Positions 1 to 9,149 are shown, counted from the first letter of the stretch. The stretch: DNA of 64,000 bases from a bacterium (GCA_965207065.1 OZ242260.1:1760001-1824000), one strand, 5' to 3'. Made by a program: numbers and translations. Notes: generated from the sequence alone by a model not told the origin.

Positions 1-3000
1 TGCGTTGGAGTACAAGCTGCTTTGTGCGGAGAACGCGATGCGGTGCGGAATCCCGCCTAAAAATCGTTGTTGCAGGCTGGAGATTTGATCGTCACGGATT
101 CCTACCCCGTAAGGACTGATTTGTTGATCATCTCCGACCACCAGAATTTTCTTGGCTATATAGAACAGAAACAGGCTCTCGATTCCGAGTTGACTTGCTT
201 CGTCCGCGATGACGAGATCGAATCGATTTGGTTCTGGATTGAGCATTTCGGCGACCAGATAGCGGGGCATGATCCAAGCCGGAATTGCATCACGACACTT
301 GTCCATATATATTCGCGCTTCCCGGCGCAGACGAGCTAATCTGTTGGATCGCCCTGTTCCTCTCCCTATGGCTCTGATAGTTTCGCGCCAGCCTTTTAAA
401 GCCTCGGCTTCTTGCTGGGACAAGCGGTCAAAAAAATGTCGCCATGCACGCAAAGCTGCTAAATCAGCCGTCAACTTACGAATCTGTTGTTCGATTGTAT
501 GCCAATTCTGCCCAAGTTCTTCTTGGTAATCGAAATCTAAGCGTTTATCGAGCCAAGCATCGGCAATACCCCATCGCCAAGCTTTTTCCCAATTCGCAAA
601 TCGCTCATCCCAAGCATTATCATTTATTGTCGAAACAATGCTTTCCACAAGATAAGGGACTGCCTCACGGAGGATTCGTTCAATGGATATTTGTTTTTCA
701 TGCTCGATTCTAGTTTGAACAATATCCCGAACTTGGTCATAGCATTTGCTGTATGCTCTTACATCCCGCTCATTGACGGCATGGATCAATGTCTGGACGA
801 CTGGATGTGCATTTTGAATATCGTTTAGGTTGTTCACTGCCTGGGTTGTGGAATCGACCGAATGAACGGCCTTTATGTAGTGCTCTTCGATTTCCACTAC
901 AGCAATCAGCCGAAGCCAATGTTCGATATCGCCGTCTAGCCAGTCTGGTGAAGGGATTGACGGGATTGCAGCCGCCATCTTTTGCCCAATGCGTAGACAT
1001 GCAACAGCAAATTTTGAACTTTGCTCTAAGGCTAATAATTGCTCTTCGAATGCCGCGATACACAAATCTCGATCTTCAGAAACGGGCACGGCGTCGATGT
1101 CGCTCCATACCGATCGCAGTTTCTCAAGTGCAAAATTTGCATCAAGGTGATCGCAAACAGCATATAAATGCTCGATATCCTCTGAGCCGATACCGTCGAC
1201 TAACACTCTCTCTTTGAGATAAGAGCGTTCACGGAGCAGCTTTGGTGTAAACAGGCCCCACTTTTTCCTCTTGCCGCCTGCACGTAAATAGGAAAGCACT
1301 GCTTCGGCGTCGGCACGGACCTTGCGTGGATTGAGGTCATTCGGAATTGTTACACTACGTCCAGACAATTTTGTGAGTTTGGTCTTCGACTCCTGAAGTC
1401 GATCTCGGCTTAATTTGATGATCGTTTCCCACTGCGCAGGTTGACCTGTGAGGTAATCACGTATGACGTTCCTCAACCATTTTTTTCGCTCTAGTATTTC
1501 TGCTTGTAGTTTTAGCTCTCTTAAGTCATTTTCTAATTCCGAGCGAGCATCAGGTGTCTGTGCGCGAAGAGGCGTATATGCCTTATGATTTTGAAGTGCC
1601 GCTTCTTTTTCTAGGTTAGATGCCGCTTCTTTTTCCTTTTCGACTATCTCGCTAAAAGCGCTAGGTGTGAGCAGGTTTTCAGGCAAAGGGATTTGAAGTT
1701 TAGATTGATTGATCTGTTCATCAGTGTAGCGGCGTTTGATCTCCAGCCAGCTTATGATTTCTTCTCTTGAGATCGCTGGTTCCTCAGATGCCTCTCGGGG
1801 CAATTTTAACCAGCCATAGAGTTCTTTTTCTTCAGAAACGCGCTTGGCAATTATTGAAGCCGTTCCGAGATATGTTCCACCCGAGACTGTTTGGGAAGTC
1901 GTTTCGCCTTCTCTTAAACTTCGCAACTCTGAAGCAGTTTTCGACAATTTCTGGTTAGCTTCTTTTAGCTCCTGAACGATTTCGTCAATACGGACATCAT
2001 AATTGCCTTTTGAGTAAGAGTTATATCGAGTCGTAATATCCTGAACAACACTGTTCAATTCCGCGAAAGCGTCGCCGCCTTGACCGAGTAAGCTCACGCA
2101 AAGCGGCTGAATTTCTTTTGGGAGTTTTTCTTTAAGCACTCTGAGTGCTCGAGGAGTTTCGGCCGTTACAACTACACGTTTTCCGGTTGCTAACAAATGG
2201 CAAATCAGATTAGCGATTGTTTGACTTTTCCCTGTTCCGGGTGGTCCCTGAACCAAGACACCCCGATTATTTTCGATTGCTTCAACAATTCGTTTTTGTT
2301 CATTGTTTGCAGACAGCGGGAAAAATACTTCGCTAGGCGGTAATGAAATAGAGGTTGGTGAATTCCATATGTCATGATTTGAACCACTGCCAATATCTTC
2401 ACTCATAAGGTCGTTGGTTAGTTTACGCCATCCCATAGGGATTTCTTCTGAGGAATCTGATAGTTGCTCGATAAGTTTGTCATAGACTCTGACCATTCCT
2501 GTTTGAGGACGTGACCTCAGGATTAAGGCTGGCGCTAAACTGATTGTCGGGCCCGAGACGCGGGAGTTTTCTTTGTTCAAGCTGGGAAGCCACTGCATGT
2601 TGGGACTAAAGGATGCTGCCCAAGCCTGAAGAGCGGTACAAATCTGTTCCTTGTCCCAAACATTGTTATCAATCTCATCCAGTTGTTCTTTGAGAACTTC
2701 GTAATGGTTGTGCTCTGGCCGTAAATCAGCTTCAAGCATGTCGTCCTCGATCCGAAGCTCTGCTCCTTCACCGGGTGGCTCAACTTGAATTACACTTCTG
2801 GTAGCATCAAATTTTAGTTCGACACTTGCCACTACAGTATGGCGTTTAATTTGTACCGAGGGTCCATTTTGTTGGGTTGGCCAATTGAGGAGCCCGATCC
2901 CGAGACATACTTCTTTTATTTCGCCCTGTTTCCGCACTTGGGTATGTAAGTTGAATAATTCTGCATAGACTTTCTGAATGGTTTGACGGCGTCGGTGCTC

Positions 3001-3450
3001 TTGCGACCAAGCTTCCCACTTCGGACGATATTTCTCGTAAGCACTGCGAACGTCGGGATAATCCGCGATATTTCGCTCAACTAATGGAGGAGATTCTCCC
3101 TCCAGCAAGACAACTTCATTGTCTTCCATGTGTATCGTTTGAAGGAGCGGTGGGATTTCCGGTGTAGCACGTTCAAGGGCTTGTTCGTTCACCCATGGGC
3201 GGGTTATTTCTGGCGGTTCTGGTTTCGGTTTGAACACTTGTTTCTTGACTTCAAGCCAAGGCTCATTGGGACTCCAATCGTCGGTCCATGCCCCGCTTCG
3301 GCAATCCTTGTCCTGTGGCATGTCCCCAAACCAAACGACCGTATCGTATTTGTCCACATCTCTGACGGTTTTTGTTCGAAGACCTACGAACTCTTTCAGG
3401 TAGCGGGCGAGTCGCAGTTCGGGATGTTCTGTTTCTGTGTCGTTTGACAT
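1..3450 (-). CDS. Large superfamily-1 (UPF1/DNA2/Nam7-like) DNA/RNA helicase, 3' end beyond window (>1150 aa)
   Basis: Missing from ORF track. Spot translation of the minus strand from ATG at 3450 (MSNDTETEHPELRLARYLKEFVGLRTK...) puts Walker A VLVQGPPGTGKSQTIANLICHLLATGKRV (~2170-2260) and motifs II/III FDLVIADEASQLG...VVGDDQQISP (~110-225) in the same frame as the start codon. Not every codon was translated. Confidence 0.88.
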   Translation of the reverse strand, partial: MSNDTETEHPELRLARYLKEFVGLRTKTVRDVDKYDTVVWFGDMPQDKDCRSGAWTDDWSPNEPWLEVKKQVFKPKPEPPEITRPWVNEQALERATPEIPPLLQTIHMEDNEVVLLEGESPPLVERNIADYPDVRSAYEKYRPKWEAWSQEHRRRQTIQKVYAELFNLHTQVRKQGEIKEVCLGIGLLNWPTQQNGPSVQIKRHTVVASVELKFDATRSVIQVEPPGEGAELRIEDDMLEADLRPEHNHYEVLKEQLDEIDNNVWDKEQICTALQAWAASFSPNMQWLPSLNKENSRVSGPTISLAPALILRSRPQTGMVRVYDKLIEQLSDSSEEIPMGWRKLTNDLMSEDIGSGSNHDIWNSPTSISLPPSEVFFPLSANNEQKRIVEAIENNRGVLVQGPPGTGKSQTIANLICHLLATGKRVVVTAETPRALRVLKEKLPKEIQPLCVSLLGQGGDAFAELNSVVQDITTRYNSYSKGNYDVRIDEIVQELKEANQKLSKTASELRSLREGETTSQTVSGGTYLGTASIIAKRVSEEKELYGWLKLPREASEEPAISREEIISWLEIKRRYTDEQINQSKLQIPLPENLLTPSAFSEIVEKEKEAASNLEKEAALQNHKAYTPLRAQTPDARSELENDLRELKLQAEILERKKWLRNVIRDYLTGQPAQWETIIKLSRDRLQESKTKLTKLSGRSVTIPNDLNPRKVRADAEAVLSYLRAGGKRKKWGLFTPKLLRERSYLKERVLVDGIGSEDIEHLYAVCDHLDANFALEKLRSVWSDIDAVPVSEDRDLCIAAFEEQLLALEQSSKFAVACLRIGQKMAAAIPSIPSPDWLDGDIEHWLRLIAVVEIEEHYIKAVHSVDSTTQAVNNLNDIQNAHPVVQTLIHAVNERDVRAYSKCYDQVRDIVQTRIEHEKQISIERILREAVPYLVESIVSTINDNAWDERFANWEKAWRWGIADAWLDKRLDFDYQEELGQNWHTIEQQIRKLTADLAALRAWRHFFDRLSQQEAEALKGWRETIRAIGRGTGRSNRLARLRREARIYMDKCRDAIPAWIMPRYLVAEMLNPEPNRFDLVIADEASQLGIESLFLFYIAKKILVVGDDQQISPYGVGIRDDQISSLQQRFLGGIPHRIAFSAQSSLYSNA

Positions 3451-3680
3451 TAACCAATCAACCTAAAGCGCTTATGACAAGGGTAGGGATGTTCAGTGTT
3501 TACTAGGCATCAGCTTAACAGAGATGCTCTTCCCATTCCGTTGGGTTTTATATTTTTCAAATTGAGTGCAATGTTATAGTAAATAACCCTGCTCGATCAA
3601 TATTGGAGTAATAAGTTATTTCTGTGCTGTAAGAAAGTTCGAACTTGGTCGAGAAAGCATCTCCTCCAAAATACATGCAC

Positions 3681-3711
3681 TTGACAACATATGTCCCGCA
3701 CAACATATCAT
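3681..3711 (+). promoter_or_regulatory. Sigma70-like promoter with overlapping palindromic operator upstream of the HTH gene
   Basis: TTGACA at 3681-3686, TATCAT at 3706-3711 (long 19-bp spacer); inverted repeat ATATGT-N8-ACATAT at 3689-3708. Confidence 0.5.
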
Positions 3712-3743
3712 GCGACCAAACCCAACTTTCAAAAGAGAGAACC

Positions 3744-4070
3744 ATGCCTGCAAACGTAAACAAGAAAATCAAAAAGCTAAGCCCCGCGCAACGCAAGAAG
3801 GTCGAGGCGCGGGCGGCGGAGTTGATCGCCGAGGAGATGACGCTGCGCGATCTCAGGAAGGCGCGGGAGTTGACGCAGGCGCGGATGGCGGAGGAGTTGG
3901 GGATCACGCAGGACGGCGTATCGAGGCTCGAGAAGCGAAGCGACCTCCTGCTCTCCACGCTCAGAAAATCCGTCGAGGCGATGGGCGGGCGCCTCTCGCT
4001 CGTGGCCGAATTTCCCGACCGCGCCCCGGTCGTGCTCACCGGCATCGCGGAGGATGAATCACGCGGGTGA
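3744..4070 (+). CDS. XRE/Cro-C1 HTH protein, HigA-like antitoxin (no toxin gene adjacent)
   Basis: MPANVNKKIKKLSPAQRKKVEARAAELIAEEMTLRDLRKARELTQARMAEELGITQDGVSRLEKRSDLLLSTLRKSVEAMGG matches the antitoxin HTH pattern. Confidence 0.85.
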   Translation: MPANVNKKIKKLSPAQRKKVEARAAELIAEEMTLRDLRKARELTQARMAEELGITQDGVSRLEKRSDLLLSTLRKSVEAMGGRLSLVAEFPDRAPVVLTGIAEDESRG

Positions 4071-4261
4071 CTGTAGGGGCCGCTCGCGAGCGACCCGGAT
4101 TCGCGAGCAGTATCAGCCGCAATCAGCCAAAGAGATCGTCCAACCCCTCCCGCCGCTGAACGCGGTCCGGCAGCTTCAGGAACATTCCGCTGTCTCAATT
4201 TGTATTCCTTGGAATATTTTTTTATATTCTTTGGAATGCAAATCAAGCGAATAGTGAAACC

Positions 4262-4528
4262 ATGTCGAATCTCACAGGCCCGCCGGTTTCCGAATGTGCA
4301 ACCTGGCTGTCCCATGTCAGCCGGCTTTTCGGAACACGCATGACCATTTTGCTGGAACCCCACGGTCTGACGTTGGGTCAGTCCGGCATCCTGCATCACA
4401 TCGTCAGGCGACGATCACGGCGAGGGAGCCGCATATCGGACATCGCGGCGGCTGTGGAAGTCGGCCGGCCTGCCGTTACGAAGACGCTCGAGACGCTTGG
4501 CGGGTGGCTCGACGGACAGGAACGATGA
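4262..4528 (+). pseudogene. Truncated MarR-family regulator
   Basis: HGLTLGQSGILHHI...RISDIAAAVEVGRPAVTKTLETL is a MarR HTH, but the ORF ends before the wing (DxR) and C-terminal helices; only 88 aa. Confidence 0.6.
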
Positions 4529-5940
4529 GCGATTTCGCGTTCATGACGGCAATCGAGTTGAAAGACCTGATCGCGCGCGGCGACATCTCGCCGGTCGAAC
4601 TCGTCGGGTCGTCCCTGGAGCGCATGGACGGGCTGGAGCCGACGCTCAACTGTTTCGTCCAGACCTCGCCCGACCTCGCCCTCGAAGCGGCGCGGCAGGC
4701 CGAAAAGGCCGTCATGTCCGGCGAAGAGCTCGGACTGCTGCACGGCCTGCCTGTCTCGGTGAAGGACATGATCGCCGTGGACGGCCTGAAGCTGACCTTC
4801 GGCTCCCGGGTGATGGCGGACAATGTCGCGGCGGTCGACGCGCCCTCGGTGGATCGGGTGCGGCGGCAGGGCGGCTGCATCGTCGGCAAGTCGACGACCA
4901 GCGAGTTCGGCTGCAAGGCGGTCGGCGACAGCCCGCTGACCGGGGTGACGCCGAACGCCTGGAATCTCGCCAAGACGCCGGGCGGATCGAGCTGCGGCGC
5001 CGCGACCAGCGTTGCCGCCGGGGTCACGCCGTTCGCGCTCGGAACCGACGGCGGCGGGTCCGTCCGCATCCCGAGTTCGCTCAGCGGCCTTTTCGGCATC
5101 AAGGCGCAGTTCGCGCGCGTCGGGGTCTACCCGGCGAGCGCCACGCCGACGCTCGGCCATGTTGGCCCGCTCACCCGCACCGTGCGCGACGGGGCGCTCC
5201 TGCTGAGCGCTATCGCCGGGCACGACCGACGGGATCCCTTCAGCGTCGCGCAGCCCGTGCCCGACTTCCTGGCCGCCTGCGAGCGTCCGGTCGAGGGCAT
5301 GCGCCTGGCCTGGAGCCCGACGCTCGGCTACGCGCAGCCTACCGGCGAGGTGGTCCGGATCGTCGAGGAGGCCGTCAGGGTGTTCGAGGATCTCGGCTGC
5401 ACCGTGGACCTGGTCGAACAAGTCATGGAAGAGGATCCGCTCCCCATCTGGATGGCCGAGTTCTACGCCGGCGTCGGAACCCGGCTCAAGGATGTGCTCG
5501 CCGACAAGCCGGACCTGCTCGACCCGGCGGTTGCCGACGTGCTTGCCGGCGCCCTCGATCAGGAACTGGACGAGTATTACGGCAAGGTTTTCCGGCGCTA
5601 CGACTTACGCGAGAAGATGCGCCTCTTCTTCGAGGACTACGATCTGCTCCTGACGCCGACGCTTCCCGTCCCGGCTTTCGACGTGAACTGCAACGCGCCC
5701 CCGGAGCTGCCCGACCGCAACATCGTATCCTGGGTCTACTACACCTATCCGTTCAACCTGACGGGCCAGCCGGCCGCCTCGGTGCCGGCGGGATGGACCT
5801 GGGACGGCCTGCCCGTAGGCATGCAGATGGTTTCGAAAATCCTGCGCGAGGAAGACATCTTCCGCGCCGCCGCCGCATTCGAGGCCGCCAGACCGTGGGC
5901 CGACCGAAGGCCCGATCTGGCCGCACCGGCCCAGGAATAG
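4525..5940 (+). CDS. Amidase-signature family enzyme
   Basis: PVSVKD, GKSTTSEFG, TPGGSSCG and GTDGGGSVRIP motifs; ATG at 4525 after GGA/AGGA RBS. Confidence 0.92.
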   Translation: MSDFAFMTAIELKDLIARGDISPVELVGSSLERMDGLEPTLNCFVQTSPDLALEAARQAEKAVMSGEELGLLHGLPVSVKDMIAVDGLKLTFGSRVMADNVAAVDAPSVDRVRRQGGCIVGKSTTSEFGCKAVGDSPLTGVTPNAWNLAKTPGGSSCGAATSVAAGVTPFALGTDGGGSVRIPSSLSGLFGIKAQFARVGVYPASATPTLGHVGPLTRTVRDGALLLSAIAGHDRRDPFSVAQPVPDFLAACERPVEGMRLAWSPTLGYAQPTGEVVRIVEEAVRVFEDLGCTVDLVEQVMEEDPLPIWMAEFYAGVGTRLKDVLADKPDLLDPAVADVLAGALDQELDEYYGKVFRRYDLREKMRLFFEDYDLLLTPTLPVPAFDVNCNAPPELPDRNIVSWVYYTYPFNLTGQPAASVPAGWTWDGLPVGMQMVSKILREEDIFRAAAAFEAARPWADRRPDLAAPAQE

Positions 5941-6050
5941 CTCCATTGAGCGGCTGTCTCGGCAGCCACACGGCGATTTCCGGAAATGCCACTATAAGCG
6001 CCAGTCCGGTCAGTTGCATAAGTACGAACGGAATGATTCCGGTGTAGATC
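5941..6050 (-). pseudogene. 3'-terminal remnant of a TRAP transporter large permease (DctM)
   Basis: Minus strand reads IYTGIIPFVLMQLTGLALIVAFPEIAVWLPRQ, like the DctM last helix; the 5' end abuts a repeat terminus at 6051. Confidence 0.65.
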
Positions 6051-6116
6051 GGGGCTGTTGGAAAAGTTCTGGTTTCGAGACCAGGCGTATATTACCTGCC
6101 GAGGAGAGAGAAGAAT

Positions 6117-6320
6117 CACTCCCCCCTTGAGGGTCGGTCTCCCTCGGGGAAGACCGACAGTGAACTGAGGGCGTAAGCCCGAAAGTGAACTGGTGGGGGG
6201 TATGATTCGGAATGGCAATAAAACGCATTTTACCCCCCACCGAATCGGCCTTCGCATAAATCGCTCGGCCTCTTCGTCGGTCTACCCGAGGAGGATAGAC
6301 CGACCCTCAAGGGGGGAGTG
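6117..6320. repeat. Palindromic cassette family A, copy 1 (variant with extra hairpins at both ends)
   Basis: Ends CACTCCCCCCTTGAGGG...CCCTCAAGGGGGGAGTG; internal GGTGGGGGG/CCCCCCACC stem. Confidence 0.9.
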
Positions 6321-6625
6321 AATTGTCCTTCTCCTTGGAATGCCCGATCCTCAAAGGGTCAATCCCGACCAAGGCGGGAGGGGTTGCTTTCCAGGCGAGA
6401 GGGTCGCCCCCTTTGCCGTGTTCCGTCAGGGACCGCTCACGAGGGGTTGTTGACGAAATCGTTAAATGCTGACAGGGGGTGTTTGTGTATGTAGCGCTCC
6501 CTTCTTGGGAGCGCTACATACATGCGTCCCACATGCCACAATCGGTCGGGTCGCATATTATGCGACCCCTACAACAGAAAAGGCGATGCGCCCCCGCCGG
6601 GCAGAGGAGGCTTTGCTTTTTCTTG

Positions 6626-6659
6626 CCCCCCTGACAAGGGGGGGTAGGGGGGGTTGCTT
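6626..6659 (+). repeat. Repeat family B (CCCCCTGACAAGGGGGGGTAGGGGGGGTTGCT)
   Basis: Near-identical copies at 9150-9180 (reverse), 9268-9298 and 11051-11083; partial at 10996; variant at ~37272-37300. Confidence 0.88.
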
Positions 6660-6690
6660 TTTAAGCCTGCAGAGGGAGCGCGCTGAATTT

Positions 6691-6853
6691 CACTCCCCCC
6701 TTGAGGGGGAGTCGATGAAGCCGAGCGGTTTGTGCGAAGGCTGAATCGGTGGGGGGTGAATCGCGTTTTATCGCCACTCCGGGTTATACCCCCCACCGAA
6801 TCGCTTTCGGGCTTACGCCCTCAGCTCTTCGACTCCCCCTCAAGGGGGGAGTG
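6691..6853. repeat. Palindromic cassette family A, copy 2 (163 bp)
   Basis: 25-bp perfect terminal IR CACTCCCCCCTTGAGGGGGAGTCGA; reverse complement of 33705-33867 with two differences by eye. Confidence 0.95.
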
Positions 6854-7094
6854 GTTGGTTGGCGTTCTGCAAGGGGATTGCGTAATCTTCTCCCTCCCCG
6901 GTCGGCTCCATAGCCAAATCACGAAATCAGGAATCTCTCAAAATCCCTTTATTAAAACTTACCCCATAACCCTTAATAACGAATTCCCTTATGAAGCGTT
7001 CGCGCAATATAACTGCAAAACGCACACTCTTATGAAGTTTTTGCTGTTAAGTCTTAATAGCGCTGTTTCTTATGAAACTTCGAGCCATACGCCC

Positions 7095-7973
7095 CTAGTA
7101 CCGATCCGGCACGAACGTCTGCTCGCTCAGGGGAGGGCGCACGTAGGCCTTGGAATCACGCCTGGGGGGGAGTTCGATGGGCGAGGGCGTCAGGTCCTTG
7201 TAGGGGATGAGGGAGAGCAGGTGGCTGATGCAGTTGAGCCGCGCGCGGCGCTTCGAGTCCGCGTCCACCACGTACCAGGGCGCCTGCTTGATGTCGGTGT
7301 AGGCGAACATCTCGTCCTTCGCCCTGGAATACTCCACCCAGCGGGTGCGCGATTCGAGGTCCATCGGCGAGAGCTTCCAGCGCCGCGTGCGGTCTTGCAG
7401 GCGCGCCTGAAAGCGGCGTTCCTGTTCCTCGTCGCTCACCGAGAACCAGTATTTGATGAGGACGATCCCCGAGCGCACGAGCATCCGCTCGAACGTGGGG
7501 CATGAGTAGAGAAACTCGCGGTATTCCTCCTCGGTGCAGAACCCCATCACCCGCTCCACGCCCGCGCGGTTGTACCAGGAGCGGTCCAGGAGCACCATCT
7601 CGCCCGCGGCGGGAAGGTGGGCCGCGTAGCGCTGGAAGTACCACTGCGTCTGCTCGCGCTCGGTGGGCGCGGCGAGCGCCACGACACGGCACACCCTCGG
7701 GTTGAGTCTCAGCGTGATGCGCTTGATGACGCCGCCCTTGCCGGCCGCGTCCCGCCCCTCGAATATGACGATCACTTTCAGGCCCTGGTCCTTTATCCAC
7801 TCCTGGAGCTTTACGAGCTCTTCCTGGAGCCTCAAGAGTTCGGCCTCATACATCTTTTTGGGCAGCTTCTGGCGCGGGGCTTTCTCGGCGTCTCCCGCCC
7901 GGGTGTAGGCGAGGGCGCTCTCGTCTTGTGATTGATCGGTTTGGGGTGTCGTCTCTTCGCTCATCTCGGTCAT
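7095..7973 (-). CDS. ppk2: Polyphosphate kinase 2
   Basis: IFEGRDAAGKGG (Walker A), DRSWYNRAGVERVMGFC, WKLSPMD; start overlaps the upstream stop (ATGA). Confidence 0.95.
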   Translation of the reverse strand: MTEMSEETTPQTDQSQDESALAYTRAGDAEKAPRQKLPKKMYEAELLRLQEELVKLQEWIKDQGLKVIVIFEGRDAAGKGGVIKRITLRLNPRVCRVVALAAPTEREQTQWYFQRYAAHLPAAGEMVLLDRSWYNRAGVERVMGFCTEEEYREFLYSCPTFERMLVRSGIVLIKYWFSVSDEEQERRFQARLQDRTRRWKLSPMDLESRTRWVEYSRAKDEMFAYTDIKQAPWYVVDADSKRRARLNCISHLLSLIPYKDLTPSPIELPPRRDSKAYVRPPLSEQTFVPDRY

Positions 7974-8818
7974 TCCTTCGCGCTGAGGTCGAAGCCGAAC
8001 CACTTAAGGGAGAGTCTGGACAGCGTCCCCTCCTCGATGGCGGCGGTGATGGCCTTGGAGAACATATCCGCGAGCGCGCGGTCTTCTTTTCTGATGCCGA
8101 CCCCGATTCCCTCGCCCAGGGAACCGCCCGTGAAGCCGGGGCCGACGACTTTCAGCTTTTCCTTCGCTTTGTCGAGCACGGGCTTCAGGTAGGAGGTTTG
8201 GGCGAAGAGCGCGTCCACGCGGCCGGCGAGCAGGGCGGCGTCGACGTCGCCCTGGTACTTGAAGGTGCGTATCCCGGCCCGGTCGGCCATGTGGATTCTC
8301 AGGAAATTCACGAATACGGTGCCGGCCTGCGCGCCGATCTTCTTGCCGGCGAAGGCTCTCCGGAGCGTCTCGATGGCGGCCTTCTCCCCGGCGTCCAGGC
8401 TTCCCAGCGTGACCGAGGCGGCTTTGGTCGATACGCCCGCGAGGGGGCCGCCCGCCCGCACGACGAAGACGTGGGGAGACGCGGCGAACGGACGCGAGTA
8501 GGTGATGAGCTTCTTTCGCTTCCCGGTGATCGCCATGCCCGACATGATGGCGTCGAACTCCCCCGCCCGGAGCGCGGGTATGATGCCCTCCCAGGCGCGC
8601 GGTATCATCCTGCACGTCACCTTCATGCGCCGGCACAGGTCGGCCGCGAGGTCGATCTCGAAGCCGACGAGTTTTCCCGACGCGTCCGTGTCGTTCCAGG
8701 GGGGGTATGCGCCCTCGGTGGCGATCCGCACCTTGGCCCCCTCTTTCCAGTCCGCAGCCCCCGCCGGAGCAAAAAAAGCGATCGCGGCGACGGCCATAAT
8801 CGCCGGAAACATCCTCAT
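7970..8818 (-). CDS. Polar amino-acid ABC transporter substrate-binding protein (family 3)
   Basis: Signal peptide; RIATEGAYPPWN, GFEIDLA and WEGIIPAL..GEFDAIMSGM motifs; AGGAGG RBS. Confidence 0.92.
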   Translation of the reverse strand: MRMFPAIMAVAAIAFFAPAGAADWKEGAKVRIATEGAYPPWNDTDASGKLVGFEIDLAADLCRRMKVTCRMIPRAWEGIIPALRAGEFDAIMSGMAITGKRKKLITYSRPFAASPHVFVVRAGGPLAGVSTKAASVTLGSLDAGEKAAIETLRRAFAGKKIGAQAGTVFVNFLRIHMADRAGIRTFKYQGDVDAALLAGRVDALFAQTSYLKPVLDKAKEKLKVVGPGFTGGSLGEGIGVGIRKEDRALADMFSKAITAAIEEGTLSRLSLKWFGFDLSAKE

Positions 8819-8890
8819 GCGCGCCTCCTGTTTCGTTTCGCCGATGGTTTCGATTATGAGCGTCTGACGCCCTGGCGTGCAAGCAATAAA

Positions 8891-9137
8891 GGGATGTTGA
8901 AAAAGCCCTGCAGCGCCGGGATGACGGCTAAGGGATACCGCCTTGCCGGATTGTGTGTAGGGGCCGCATATATGCGGCCCATGGTCGGCAGGTGTAAAAG
9001 GCAGGGTCGCATATATGCAACCCCTACAAAAACATGACATTCGCCTGACCCGTCAATCCCATGAAGAATTGCAAAGGTAGGGAACCATTCCTCCCGGAAG
9101 GGTCAATTCCGAGCGAGAAGGACTTGCTCAACAACCC
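8891..9137. mobile_element. MITE-like unit enclosing a GTAG-type REP doublet
   Basis: GGGATGTTGAAAAAGCCC ... GACTTGCTCAACAACCC ends; GTAGGGGCCGCATATATGCGGCCC and GGGTCGCATATATGCAACCCCTAC inside. Confidence 0.55.
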
Positions 9138-9149
9138 TCCCTCTTCGGA

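Larger units (their letters stand above)
6443..6947. mobile_element. Putative non-autonomous MITE-like composite enclosing REP-like units, a family B unit and cassette A copy 2
   Basis: Left end GGGGTTGTTGACGAAATC, degenerate right end GAATCTCTCAAAATCCC; ~90 bp right arm homologous to 33868-33962. Confidence 0.5.

Noticed and set aside
67-3457. Short + strand and alternate-frame ORFs in the track
   Set aside because: Shadows of the long minus-strand helicase frame
5745-7505. ORFs 5745-6257, 6010-6240, 6466-6744, 6569-6796, 6732-7505 and similar ones at 20285, 29498, 29515 and 33762
   Set aside because: Translations of the palindromic repeats; the same peptides recur wherever the repeat occurs
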